Shown: in pieces, positions 62,586-64,000 of the stretch
How positions within the stretch are numbered: position 1 is the stretch's first letter
How the letters are laid out: every line of letters begins with the position of its first letter
NCBI GenBank assembly: GCA_951406725.2
Contig: OX597824.1
Span: 68,200,001-68,264,000 of the forward strand
Source: Octopus vulgaris
Lineage: Eukaryota
Direction: 5' to 3'
Length of the DNA stretch: 64,000 bases
Notes under the pieces: model-generated
What the model was told of the DNA's origin: nothing
What the model saw: the letters and a program-made list of their open reading frames with translations, nothing else
The model's database searches: none
Program-made: the position numbers and the translations under genes

Positions 62586-64000
62586 AGGATGATATATATA
62601 TATATGCTAAATGGATGCTAAACGATGATGATAAGGATGATATATATATATATATATATATATACGTTGTCCAGAGAACTCCTGAATTTCATTTGGAATA
62701 TGACAACTCCTCTAATACTGGTGTCATGATAAAATGCACCAGTGCACTCTGTAAAGTGATGGGTGTTAGGATTGACATCCAACCATAGAAACCAATCCCT
62801 AAACGAAATATACAAGCTAGATGTGGTCCTCTGACCCATCTAAGAGATCAGTAACACCAAATAAGGACCATCTTTGACCATAATGACCTGCCTAGTCTAA
62901 AAGAATGATGATGACAACATTAGTGCCGGTGGCAAAGAATGAACAGAAGAAACATGAATTTCATAAGCTTCAGTGCAGGCAACACATCTAGTGGGGAACA
63001 GTCACTTTTAGAAAAGAAAAAAAAAGATATCAACAATACAGTTTCAAGAAGACACTTCATTCTGTTATAGACATTATATCTGGTACCAGTGGCAAGTATA
63101 AAATTCATCCAGCACATAGTGTAAATTGGTTAGTGATAGGATAAAGCTGGAAAAACTTTGCTAATCACAACAAAGGCAGACAGGTGTTATTTTTGGCGGG
63201 GTTTCTTTCATCCTGTTCTGTGTGCTAGATGAAGATCAACTGTGACAAGTGGTAGCCCATACAGTTCACGCTAGCATGGAAATGTAGGTGTAAAGTGATA
63301 ATATATAAGGTGTATCTTACGCCATGCAAGTGTAAGTTCATGCCGTAAACGAATGATGAAACCACGAATGGCTCAGGAACCAGACCTAATTCTCGAGACT
63401 GTATTCCTCACCGTGGGGAGAGTGGATAACTGTGGCAATATAATATATAAGGTGTATCTTTCCATTTTGAACACTTGATTTCCTCCCTAATAGTGTTTTC
63501 TCCCCAATTCTAAAAGTTCCTAATCCTTACCACATACATATGCATGAACCAGTGAAGGTGTCTTTATGGAGTCCTTTTGACCTGATGGAAACAGTCACCA
63601 AATGTCTTTGAAATTTCAGTCTATACATTAAGGCAATGAACTGATAGAACTATTATCATGCCGGGTGAAATGCTTAACATGTTTCATCTGTCTTCACGTT
63701 CTGAGTTCAAATTCCATCAACGGCGACATTGCCTTTCATCCTTTTGGAGTCAATAGAATAAATACCTGATGAACACCGGGGTCAATCTAATCGACTTTGT
63801 GCCAATATCTGAAATGAAATTTCAGTTTACTCTTTCACTTGTTTCAGTCATGCTGGTGCACTGCCTTTAGCCGAGCAAATCGACCCCAGGACTTATTCTT
63901 TCGGTCTCTTTTGCTAAACCACAAACACCAGCATCGGTTGTCAAGCGATGTTGGGGGACAAACACAGACACACAAACATACACACACACACACACACACA

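Overview
AT-rich, repeat-dense eukaryotic genomic DNA. The SINE/LINE families and microsatellite style point to a coleoid cephalopod, most likely Octopus (inference). The window holds the 5' part of one + strand protein-coding gene, the golgin TRIP11/GMAP-210: a housekeeping-type promoter (~1890-1940) and five coding exons (2270-2363, 10703-10779, 26178-26288, 33503-33635, 61350-61477). These splice with GT-AG and consistent phases into MSWLGGSISTITGQLSNFTKDILTEGTEEVSD...ELDFGENINLQHEVNRL...CKHWKSIASQR, and the gene continues past the window end. The introns (8.3, 15.4, 7.2 and 27.7 kb) are filled with tRNA-derived SINEs, RTE and CR1-like LINE pieces, a Penelope-like cluster, mariner (DD34D) and maT (DD37D) fossils, a Gypsy remnant, Helitrons, MITEs carrying TTAGGG tracts, an 18S rRNA fragment and many microsatellites. 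Most ORFs in the supplied track are repeat artefacts. The most notable signal is a young 360-bp tandem dimer at 9270-9954. Each unit carries a minimal type I hammerhead ribozyme with a compensated U3-A8 core, so it is a candidate non-LTR retrozyme / circular-RNA unit. More hammerheads sit in the Penelope repeats, and the intact ones are all antisense to TRIP11. Repeat boundaries were read by eye and are approximate unless a TSD or TIR is quoted.
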